A stretch of 64,000 bases of DNA, taken from contig CAVYIM010000004.1 in assembly GCA_963768655.1 (NCBI GenBank), positions 288,001-352,000 of the forward strand, given 5' to 3'. Source of the DNA: an uncultured Chloroflexia bacterium (GTDB lineage: Bacteria > Chloroflexota > Limnocylindria > Limnocylindrales > CSP1-4). Below are positions 51,427-60,898 of this stretch, in pieces. Positions within the stretch are counted from its first letter, which is position 1, and each line of letters begins with the position of its first letter. The notes below the pieces were generated by a model. It saw only the letters and a list, made by a program, of their open reading frames with translations. It was not told where the DNA came from and searched no databases. The position numbers and the translations under genes are program-made.

Positions 51427-51556
51427 TTGGGTTCTTGACCATTCCCGCGACGCCGTTCGCGAACCGATTCCGGGGAGATCCGGCAGACCTGCACCGATTC
51501 ATCGTCGGCCCACGACGTGGCGATGCCCGGATGATCGACTATCGTTGGAGGTGAGA

Positions 51557-52036
51557 ATGCAAGGGCGAGTTGAGTGGTGGCTGCGGCCACAGAGTGGCGA
51601 CGGAATCCTCGGGATTCTGGCGCGTCTTGACATGCATGGCTTGCGGGTGTTTCGTGAGCCAAGTGGTGAGTTCGAAGCTTGGGGAACGGACGTCGAGACT
51701 GCCGGATCGTATTGGGCAACCACGCCGGATGACTTGGTGGGATCCTGGACGCCTTCGGCGATGAAAGATGTTGCCTTCAAGCTCTGGCGCGGGCCCGACC
51801 AAGCAACTCTGGTGTCGCTGAGCCAGGACGACCGCCGCTGCGAGTTCGCATTCAGTCTCAACGGTTCTTGGTTCGACGATGCCGAGAGACTGGCGGCGAT
51901 CCTATTCTGGAATGTAGTCACAACCGAAGATTCGATTGCCATGATCGCCGCGCGCCTTTTCGACTTCCTACCAGAATGGCCTGTCTTCCTTGAGGACCCA
52001 TCGCTGCCGGATGCAATGGATCCCGACCTGTTCTGA
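51557..52036 (+). CDS. Soluble hypothetical protein (orphan immunity-like)
   Basis: RBS ggaggt; follows a short stop-coupled remnant ending MIDYRWR. Confidence 0.55.
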   Translation: MQGRVEWWLRPQSGDGILGILARLDMHGLRVFREPSGEFEAWGTDVETAGSYWATTPDDLVGSWTPSAMKDVAFKLWRGPDQATLVSLSQDDRRCEFAFSLNGSWFDDAERLAAILFWNVVTTEDSIAMIAARLFDFLPEWPVFLEDPSLPDAMDPDLF

Positions 52037-52134
52037 GTGAGGAGCGTTGGCGAACGTGGCGGCCCGTTTCTTCGTGCGAGGCCTGGGTTCTGGCGATAGG
52101 CGGACGAAGGTCAGTGCCAGGACACTGAGGACGA

Positions 52135-52482
52135 ATGGTGCGCTACCTGCGTCTTGACGAATGGTTGGGCGAGGACGCCCCCCTGCCTTTTGCACGCAGT
52201 CTTGTGGAAGTCCGCGAAGACGGGTGGGTCGGTCGCGAGATAGGATTGGATCGCAACGGCCGCGTCGTGTACAAGTATCCGACCTCAAACTTGCCTCGTG
52301 GCTTCCGAGGCATCTGCGACATGGTCACGTTCGACGATGGTCCTGATGACCTCACGAAGGCGGAGTTCGAGGCCTACTGGTCGGCATCGCTAGACGCGCA
52401 GGATCAGGCGCGATCGGTTCAGGCAATTCGAGGCCCGTCCCTTCGTGAGCGCCTCTGGGGGCTACCTCGGCATGGCCACTGA
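52135..52482 (+). CDS. Small soluble hypothetical protein (orphan immunity-like)
   Basis: RBS gagga; REIGLD..G, ...AEFEAYW ending typical of small immunity-type proteins (inference). Confidence 0.6.
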   Translation: MVRYLRLDEWLGEDAPLPFARSLVEVREDGWVGREIGLDRNGRVVYKYPTSNLPRGFRGICDMVTFDDGPDDLTKAEFEAYWSASLDAQDQARSVQAIRGPSLRERLWGLPRHGH

Positions 52483-52570
52483 CATAGGGGAATGCTGGGC
52501 TTCGTTGACCGGTCCCCACCGATGCGGTCGGCGCCCTTCTGATCGACTCTAAGAGAGTCCACCCAGCGTC

Positions 52571-52693
52571 GAAGCCGGCCCGGAACACGACGAAACGATG
52601 GCCGCCGTCCGGGTGAGTTTCACCGCCGGTCCCGCCAAGGTTGCGGATAGCGCCCGCACCGGCCGTCCACCGTCAGGCGCCCAATCGTTCATT
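52571..52693 (+). repeat. Dispersed ~123-bp element, copy 2
   Basis: Aligns with 40021-40143; in frame with the downstream type B core. Confidence 0.8.
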
Positions 52694-54550
52694 CGCCCGT
52701 CGTCGTCGTCGCTCAATCCGCTGTCTCATCCTTCTGGTCATGTGACCCGCGCAGCCATCCGCGAGTGCAACGGCAGCACCGGGGCCTGCAGCGGAGCGGC
52801 GATCGACATCGAGCGCAGCTACGATCGCGACGGCAACGTCGCGAGTGAGACCCAGACCATGGCTAGCGGTGCCGATCCCTCCCAGTACGGGGTCGGGAGC
52901 TTCGCCTATGACGGCGCGGGTCGGGTCGTCTCTAGCTCGCTCAACAGCGTCGCCCGGGCCTATACCTACGATCCCGACGGCAACCGCACCAGCGTCAGCG
53001 TCGCCGGTGTCACGATCGACAGCTTCGCCTTCGATACGAGCGACGAGACGATCTCCGACACCCACGCCGGGACCAAGACGGCCTTCACCTACGATCGCTA
53101 CGGCAACCTGCTCTCATCGGGCACCGCCGCCGCCGCCACTACCGCCTACGCCTACGACCTCGCCGATCGTCTCGACTCGATCACCCAGGCCGATGGCAGT
53201 ACGGTTGGCTTCACCTTCGATGCCGCCGGACGCCATGCCACAAGGATCTCGGGTGCCTCTACGATCGACACCTACGCCTATCTGGGTACGAGTGACTCCG
53301 TCCTGCAGGATGTGTCGAGTACCGCGGGTACGATCAACGCCGCCATCGACTCGGCCGGCCGATCGCCTCTCCAGCGCCGCTAGCGGCGGCTTTGGCTGGA
53401 TAGTGCCCGATCTCCACGGCAACATCGCCGCCCAGTGCACAGCCGCAGGCTCGATCGAGGACGTCTTTCGCTACGACGCCTACGGCAATGCTCTCGGATC
53501 CCCCAAGCCGCCCAGCGGCGTACCCTCGCCCTGGCGCTTCAGGGCCGGATCCTGGAGTCCACCGCCGGCTCGGCCACCTACGACTTCGGGGCTCGGGCCT
53601 ATGTCCCCGATCTTGGCACCTTCACCAGCCTCGACTCAGTCGCCGGCTCTGCTCAGAACCCGCTCACCCTCAACCGCTACCTCTACGCCGAGGCCGACCC
53701 TGAGACATTGGTGGATCCCGATGGCCACGGCACTCCAAACTGCGACGGCGTGCCTCCGGACGAAATCGCGCAGTGCGAAGCCGCAGGAGGTGGGTCTGCC
53801 CCGCCCCCCAACTGCGACGGCGCCAATCCGAATGACGTCCAGCAGTGTGAGATCGCCGGAGGCGACACGCCCACCCCGCGTACGACAAGGCCCACGCCCA
53901 CGCCCACGACGGGCAACGTGTCGTCGGGCATCTCCTCAGGCGACTCCGCCTACAACGCTTGTGACTATGTCGCGTGCAACCACGCAGCCGGTCAGGGTGG
54001 GGCACCAGGCGGCAGTCTGTGCGAGTACATTGCCTCAGCAAGCTGCCCCACGACCAACACAGCGACGACCGAGCCGCCGACCACGGGTAGTTCTCTATAC
54101 GAGTCATGTCTGCACAGCGACATAGAGGGCAACTCGTCGCAGGTACGAGACGTCTGCGAGACGTACGCGAGCGAAGTCTCCAGCGGCGACGTGTCCCACG
54201 ATTTTCCTCTGCTTTCAGCGCTGTTGGGCGCGGCCAAGGTTGGTGTCGGAGACGCGGCCGCCTGGGGAGGCGACATGTTGAGCTACGCAAAGCGGGACCC
54301 ACTCGGTTTCACAGGGAACGTCCTGACGGTAGGCATCACATGTGCTCTGTTCTGTGAGGACGGCATCGAAGAGCTGGGACGGGCAGGCGCTGCTTTGCGG
54401 GCGGGCGACTTGAGTGATGCTTCTGGCTGGATAGCCCAGGCGGCGGGCCCCTGGGTGGTTGCGATCTATCAGATACTAAGTGGAGATGAGGCCGATCCTG
54501 GGCCGATAGCTCCTTATGTCCCCGTGGCACAGCCAGCGCCCGCTCCGTGA
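52598..54550 (+). pseudogene. Orphan Rhs cassette 5 (core type B, +1 at ~53360 and -1 at ~53540; Cys-rich tip)
   Basis: YD repeats, PDLHGN, RYDAYGN, YDFGARAYVPDLG, DPDG ends 53725. Confidence 0.85.
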
Positions 54551-54625
54551 CGAGCCCCACCAGGGACTCGACCAGCATGTGCAGCATGAACACGGCACCG
54601 ATTGATGGCACGTTAGGATCAAGAA

Positions 54626-55135
54626 ATGGACAATGCGGCACGCGGGATCGTGATCAGCTACAAGGTTCGGTTGTCCGATCTCGTATGGATGTACCTAGGT
54701 TCTTGGGCCGTCCGCATGTTGGCTGCGCCCGGCCTCTTCCTGCTCCTCGTTGCTGCAACGCCGCCCTATGTCAATGTCCTCGCTGATGTGGAAGTTGGCT
54801 TGGCTAGCATGGTCCTGGCCCCTATCGCCGCAGTCGTGGGGCTGTCGGTCTACAACCGGACGCTGCCGCTCATCGGCACCACGGTCCGCCTCAGGATCCA
54901 CGAGGCGGGTGTGCAGGGATGGCCCGCGGCAACCGGCTTGGACCAAACCTGGCCGCACGTGCATCGCGTTCGCGCATTTCGGGGGGTGACCACGATCCCA
55001 TTTCGGCAGCTCGGCATGCCCCAGGGGGCCCGGCGCGGCTGGGTCCCGATCCCTGAACGTGCTCTCTCGACCGAACAGGCCTCCTTCCTGAAGGACCTGT
55101 TTGAACGCAATGGGTTGGCCAAGTCTCGGCGCTGA
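54626..55135 (+). CDS. YcxB-like membrane protein, candidate immunity for tip 5
   Basis: Paralog of 50770..51303; two TM segments. Confidence 0.65.
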   Translation: MDNAARGIVISYKVRLSDLVWMYLGSWAVRMLAAPGLFLLLVAATPPYVNVLADVEVGLASMVLAPIAAVVGLSVYNRTLPLIGTTVRLRIHEAGVQGWPAATGLDQTWPHVHRVRAFRGVTTIPFRQLGMPQGARRGWVPIPERALSTEQASFLKDLFERNGLAKSRR

Positions 55136-56325
55136 GCTTCGCCTCGCCGTCGGTATGCCGGCTTTGGCACACCATCGAGTCGACCTACGACGCCCTGGGG
55201 CGGGTGAGCGCCACCTACGAGGGCACGAGCGTGCCGGGCACGCCGCCCGGCGATGGCAACGCCCAAACCGAGGCTGCCACCTACAACCCCGATGGCACAA
55301 TCGCCACCCGGACCGACTACGCCATCAGCACGACCGCCTCGGTCTACACCTACGATGTCCTGGGTCGCCTGACCAAGGCGACGAGCCCGACCTTTGCCGC
55401 CGGCGTCTCGGTCGGCTTCGCCTGGCGCGTCGATGGCCTGCTCGCGAGCCGCAGCTGGTCGACCGGACCCGCGGCCCTGGTCTATGCCTATGACGGCGCG
55501 GGTCGGGTCGTCTCTAGCTCGCTCAACAGCGTCGCCCGGGCCTATACCTACGATCCCGACGGCAACCGCACCAGCGTCAGCGTCGCCGGTGTCACGATCG
55601 ACAGCTTCGCCTTCGATACGAGCGACGAGACGATCTCCGACACCCACGCCGGGACCAAGACGGCCTTCACCTACGATCGCTACGGCAACCTGCTCTCATC
55701 GGGCACCGCCGCCGCCGCCACTACCGCCTACGCCTATGACCTCGCCGATCGTCTCGACTCGATCACCCAGGCCGATGGCAGTACGGTTGGCTTCACCTTC
55801 GATGCCGCCGGACGCCATGCCACAAGGATCTCGGGTGCCTCTACGATCGACACCTACGCCTATCTGGGTACGAGTGACTCCGTCCTGCAGGATGTGTCGA
55901 GTACCGCGGGTACGATCAACGCCGCCATCGACTCGGCCGGCCGATCGCCTCTCCAGCGCCGCTAGCGGCGGCTTTGGCTGGATAGTGCCCGATCTCCACG
56001 GCAACATCGCCGCCCAGTGCACAGCCGCAGGCTCGATCGAGGACGTCTTTCGCTACGACGCCTACGGCAATGCTCTCGGATCCCCCAAGCCGCCCAGCGG
56101 CGTACCCTCGCCCTGGCGCTTCAGGGCCGGATCCTGGAGTCCACCGCCGGCTCGGCCACCTACGACTTCGGGGCTCGGGCCTATGTCCCCGATCTTGGCA
56201 CCTTCACCAGCCTCGACTCAGTCGCCGGCTCTGCTCAGAACCCGCTCACCCTCAACCGCTACCTCTACGCCGAGGCCGACCCTGAGACATTGGTGGATCC
56301 CGATGGCCATGCCAACTGCGGTGGC

Positions 56326-57814
56326 GAGGATGTCCCGCTCGTCGTGGAATTTCAGTGAGGGTCGGGTCTCCAGGTTGCTGATCATATCGGTTGGTTGGTA
56401 GCGCTCGCCTCGCTTTCGATGTGGAGCTCGCGCTTTAGCGCAGCGGCAAGAATGGGCAGCTCCCGATAGCCGCAGACTCGGCGGAACTGAGCCTCTGCGG
56501 CGAGCATCCCAGCGGCGGCCCAGCGCAGCGCCATCTCGCCCGACTCCCAGTTCTTCACCCGGCGGGCGTGCGTCTTGACGATCTCGATCATCGATTCCAT
56601 CGGGTTGGTCGACTCGAGCGTCCTCCAGAGCGAGCCGCTGATGCCCAGACGCGTCAGGGTGAGCGTGTCGTCGAGCCCCTCGCGCAGCGACGCGGCGGCT
56701 CCCGGACGGCTGTGGGCCAGACTGCGGGCCAGGGAGTGGAGGGCCGCCTTCGCCCTGTCCGGATCTCGCTCGGCCCAGGCGGCCCGAAGCCGGCGCTGGG
56801 CGAGCGGTCGTTCGATCTCGGGCAGGTGCTCTAGAACGTTGCGCTCTTTGTGGCGATGGCAGCGATGGATCGCCACGCCTTTGCCCAAGAAGGTGGGGAT
56901 GGCCGAACCGATGGCGGAGCCGCCGTCGACGACGAAGAGGACGCCTGCGCTTGTGTCCAGACCGCGATCGCGCAAGTCCGCCAGGAGCGCGTTGACCACC
57001 GCGCTGTTCTCGGTCGTGCCCTCGACCACGCCGAGGGGCACCTTGTGGCCGGCGGCGTCGATCCCGAGCGCGCCTACGAGCAGGTGATCGCCCAGGCGAA
57101 AGCCATCGAGCATGAGCACGAGGTAGCGGCGGTCGTCGAGTCTGCGCCCGAGCAGCTCAGCCAGGCGCTCTGCCGTGGCGGCGAGGAAGCGGCGGCTGAC
57201 GGCGGCGTGGCTGGTCGAGACGGCGGCCTCCTCGATGGCCTCGCCAACAGGCTCGAGGCCAACCGGATAGTCGCGAGTCGAGAGCCCCGCGAGCATCCGG
57301 GCGACGATCCCGTCGGCGAGCAGATCGCTGGCTCTCGCGGCCTCGTAGGTCGCGAGCGGCAGCTCGGCTGCTCCATCGGCACTTCGCACACGTGGCCGCT
57401 CGACGCGGAGTCGGCGGCCGCCCAGGGTCACGGTTCCGGCTTCACTGCCATGGCGATAGGCAACTCGATCCGCTCGGTGGCGGCCGCGTGGGCCGGCCAG
57501 GCCGTCAACCTCAGCCGCCATCAGCTCGTCGAGGACCTCGAGGCCGACCGCGGTCGAAGCGGCCAGCAGGCCCTCGCGCAGATGGCTCGCGAACGTGGCG
57601 AGATGGCCCTCGAGCCGCCCTGTCAGCTCAGCAGGAAGCTGGTGAACGAGACGGCGAGGTCGGCGGCATCGCTTCTCAGGGCGGGGCCGGACGTGGGACG
57701 ATGGCATGGGTTCCTCCAGTTCGACTTTCCGGGTCTCCCGTAGCGTGACAGCTCACGCTCCGGGCTGGAGGACCCACCCCTCAACTCAAATTCCACGGAA
57801 CTCGGGACAACCTC
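56326..57814 (-). mobile_element. IS256-family insertion sequence, copy 3
   Basis: Same IRs; TSD GCGGTGGC (56318-56325, 57815-57822). Confidence 0.95.
56382..57707 (-). CDS. IS256 family transposase
   Basis: Protein identical to copy 1. Confidence 0.93.
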   Translation of the reverse strand: MPSSHVRPRPEKRCRRPRRLVHQLPAELTGRLEGHLATFASHLREGLLAASTAVGLEVLDELMAAEVDGLAGPRGRHRADRVAYRHGSEAGTVTLGGRRLRVERPRVRSADGAAELPLATYEAARASDLLADGIVARMLAGLSTRDYPVGLEPVGEAIEEAAVSTSHAAVSRRFLAATAERLAELLGRRLDDRRYLVLMLDGFRLGDHLLVGALGIDAAGHKVPLGVVEGTTENSAVVNALLADLRDRGLDTSAGVLFVVDGGSAIGSAIPTFLGKGVAIHRCHRHKERNVLEHLPEIERPLAQRRLRAAWAERDPDRAKAALHSLARSLAHSRPGAAASLREGLDDTLTLTRLGISGSLWRTLESTNPMESMIEIVKTHARRVKNWESGEMALRWAAAGMLAAEAQFRRVCGYRELPILAAALKRELHIESEASATNQPI

Positions 57815-58853
57815 GCGGTGGCGCCGGGAACGCGGCCGAGGAGGAAGCCTGCGAAGCAGTCGCGGAAGCGGACTCCTTCGCCGATGAAGAGGGCTACTAC
57901 AAGTCGGAAGCGAGCTACTACCAGTCGGCGGCCGTTGCGGAGCTGGCGCAGGCCTCGATCGACGCAGAGCAGTCCGACTACCAGCACGAGGGTGCCTACG
58001 TCCAGTCTCTGAAGACGCAGGCGGCAGCCAACACCTGCAACAACATCATCTGCGGCTTCACGAACTCGGTCGGGGATTGGACCCTACATCACCCCATCAC
58101 CGCGCTGGCGGCTGGAAGCTGTGCGGCGACAGTAATTCTCTGTGCGACGCTGGCACCGGCAGCTGTCGCGGCCAACAAAGTCAGCGGCGGGGCGGGTACG
58201 CAGGCTCTCTCGTGGGCCGATCAGCACCCCGTCGAGGTCGCGGCAGGCGCCGGGCTCGGCGCCGCGTGCGCGATCCAGCCCGAGCTGTGCCCGGCCATCC
58301 TGGCTGGAGCAGCGTGGGGCGCCGGAGGATCGGCACTCGGGTACGTTGCTGGCTGTGGCACGGGACAGGAGTGCTCACCGAGCGGGTTCGCAGACACTAC
58401 CTTGATTGGCGCTGAAGCCGGTGGGATCACAGGTGGCATCATGGGAGGGGCGGGGGCGTTGGCAGGTGATCTCGAGGACGAGGATTCGGCTATCCTGTCG
58501 GGACTTCCACGGTTCGCCCAGGATGTGGTGTCAAGTTATGGTCCGACAGCGATGAGGACACTGGGCGGTGCTCTCGGAGGTGGCTTCACAGACATGGCCA
58601 CCGTGCTCGACGGGCGCCATCTGTCTCCGGACAATGCCGTCTGGCAGATCGCCGCAGGAGGCATTCTTGCCGGTGCAGCGCCGGGAGAGGGGCTGCGACC
58701 GGCCTGAACTGGTCCACCTTCGTTCAGGCCTCAGCGCGCACGAACCTGGGAATTGGATGGGGGTTGGCACCAGTATCTTCTCGGCGCTGAACTGGCCTAA
58801 TGGATGATAAGCACGGCTGACGAAGCCCGACACCGCTTCATGCGGCCCACTAG

Positions 58854-59501
58854 GTGAAGAACAACATGCGCCTGATGCACAACCGATGGTCGGTCCCGCT
58901 CGAAGATGGCACCCGTCGGCCATTCGAGGCCGCGCCGGGAGGGCCATTTACCATCAGTGTCACTTCGGAGGGGAGGGAGGTCGCAAGATTTGCAGCGCCT
59001 ACGGCCACCACGCGATGGACTGAGTCAGCCCCGCTCGCTTTCGACGGGAAGTCCCTCATTTTCGGAGCTCAGTACATCCGGGGAATCACCGACGCCATCC
59101 TGTGCTACGTCTTCCACGATGGGATCGCCTCCAGAGGTGGGCGCCCGATCGAGGAGTTCCGAGCGGCGGCCACGGTGAAAGGGGCGGGGAGCCTCGCCTT
59201 CGCAGAGCTGTTCGTGTCGTGGGCGCCGTGGATGGGGCTGATCGGGGTGGCGCGAGGAATCGGCCCGGCCATCAGCGAGCGCAGTGCCCCGGCCATCGGC
59301 GTCGGTCTGGCTGTCTACCTCGTGGCCGCCCTAGTCGCGGCCAACATTGGCGGCCGGGCCCTGGCAAGAGCGAAGAAGTCACAGCAGCTCGTGGGTCTCA
59401 AGGCTGGCCTGATCGCCTTGGGAGTGTTCGTCTTCTGCGGAGTCGTGGTGCTGGGGGTCTTTCTTGGGCCGTTGCGGCCTTGGCTCCTCGTCTCCGAGTA
59501 G
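58854..59501 (+). CDS. Beta-rich N domain + three-TM protein, candidate immunity for tip 6
   Basis: Follows tip 6; hydrophobic C-terminal half. Confidence 0.6.
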   Translation: MKNNMRLMHNRWSVPLEDGTRRPFEAAPGGPFTISVTSEGREVARFAAPTATTRWTESAPLAFDGKSLIFGAQYIRGITDAILCYVFHDGIASRGGRPIEEFRAAATVKGAGSLAFAELFVSWAPWMGLIGVARGIGPAISERSAPAIGVGLAVYLVAALVAANIGGRALARAKKSQQLVGLKAGLIALGVFVFCGVVVLGVFLGPLRPWLLVSE

Positions 59502-59525
59502 CGATCAACCCGTCGTCGTCACATC

Positions 59526-59988
59526 GCCTACGACGCCGCGGGTCGGGTCGTCTCTAGCTCGCTCAACAGCGTCGCCCGGGCCTTCACCTACGATCGCTAC
59601 GGCAACCTGCTCTCATCGGGCACCGCCGCCGCCGCCACTACCGCCTACGCCTATGACCTCGCCGATCGTCTCGACTCGATCACCCAGGCCGATGGCAGTA
59701 CGGTTGGCTTCACCTTCGATGCCGCCGGACGCCATGCCACAAGGATCTCGGGTGCCTCTACGATCGACACCTACGCCTATCTGGGTACGAGTGACTCCGT
59801 CCTGCAGGATGTGTCGAGTACCGCGGGTACGATCAACGCCGCCATCGACTCGGCCGGCCGATCGCCTCTCCAGCGCCGCTAGCGGCGGCTTTGGCTGGAT
59901 CGTGCCCGATCTCCACGGCAACATCGCCGCCCAGTGCACAGCCGCAGGCTCGATCGAGGACGTCTTTCGCTACGACGCCTACGGCAAT
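59526..59988 (+). pseudogene. Rhs core type B fragment (123-bp internal deletion, truncated before DPDG)
   Basis: Near-identical to 52904-53489 apart from the deletion; carries the same +1 lesion at ~59858. Confidence 0.85.
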
Positions 59989-60196
59989 GGTGCCGCTTGG
60001 GAGAGGCTTGGCCTGGCACAACCGCAAGATCTGAATGGGTTCGCACCCGGAATACTCAAGGGTGGCGCCGTCACGCCGTTTTCGGACGCGGCAGGCAGTA
60101 TCATCCACGGCTTCGGATGCAACGTCGGGCTCGGACAGTGTTAGCCAGGTCAGCGAGTAACAGCCCCATGCCAGCCCAACCGTGGCGGGAGTCTAG

Positions 60197-60562
60197 ATGA
60201 TGAACTCGTCGCACGATGCATGGCAGGTGTTCGCTTTGGGTGGGCTGGTCTTCTACCTCTTCTCGCGAATGGCCAGAAGAAGCAGAACGATTTCGTATTA
60301 CGAGGGTTTCGGCACATGGCTTCGCCCGCCCGGATGGGCGCGCAGAGTGTTCGGGGGCCCACACGGTCGGATACGCTGGGACGTCCTGAGCTGGGAGATG
60401 ATGAGCCTGGTCTGCATGTTCTTCGGCGGAGTGGGTTGGGTTCTCCAGCCGCCGACCCGATCGTTCCTCTACGTGGTGGTTGGCCTGCCGATCGTTGAAT
60501 CCATCTTCCTGCTGGGGGTCGTTCTGGTGATCGTCAGAATCGGCAGGCGGAACAGATGGTGA
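60197..60562 (+). CDS. Small three-TM membrane protein (orphan immunity-like)
   Basis: RBS gggag; hydrophobic; partial copy at 51345. Confidence 0.65.
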   Translation: MMNSSHDAWQVFALGGLVFYLFSRMARRSRTISYYEGFGTWLRPPGWARRVFGGPHGRIRWDVLSWEMMSLVCMFFGGVGWVLQPPTRSFLYVVVGLPIVESIFLLGVVLVIVRIGRRNRW

Positions 60563-60577
60563 CCATGTAATCAGGCC

Positions 60578-60898
60578 GTGTTCAATGCGGATCCGGCCAA
60601 GGTGGTAGGGGGCGCCTTCAAACTGGCCCTTGGACTGGGCGAAGGCGCGATCGGCGGCTTCACGATGGCGGAAACCGACGGTATTGAGGGTTCGGATATG
60701 GCGGGCGAGGGCGCTGTGAACATAGGTGACGGGGTGGGCGAGTTGGGGGAGTTGGTTGGCACTCGAGACAATCGTGCGTGGAAGACCCAGGCTCCAGCTG
60801 ACTGGAACATCACAGTAAACTACTTGGCTGGTCAGATTACTGGAGGCGGCATGGATCCATACGATCTCACCACGTCTCCACTTCGGACGGTCCCGTGA
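60578..60898 (+). pseudogene. Probable orphan toxin-tip fragment
   Basis: Gly-rich/acidic, no RBS, stop overlaps the GTG of the next gene (GTGA). Confidence 0.4.

Larger units (their letters stand above)
55175..58707 (+). pseudogene. Orphan Rhs cassette 6 (core type B with the same two indels; tip split from core by IS256)
   Basis: DPDG ends 56307; HANCGG|AGNAAEEEACE rejoins across the IS; Gly/Ala/Cys-rich hydrophobic tip to 58707. Confidence 0.85.

Noticed and set aside
38090-57814. Composite transposon bounded by IS256 copies
   Set aside because: Each IS has its own matching 8-bp duplication, so the insertions are independent
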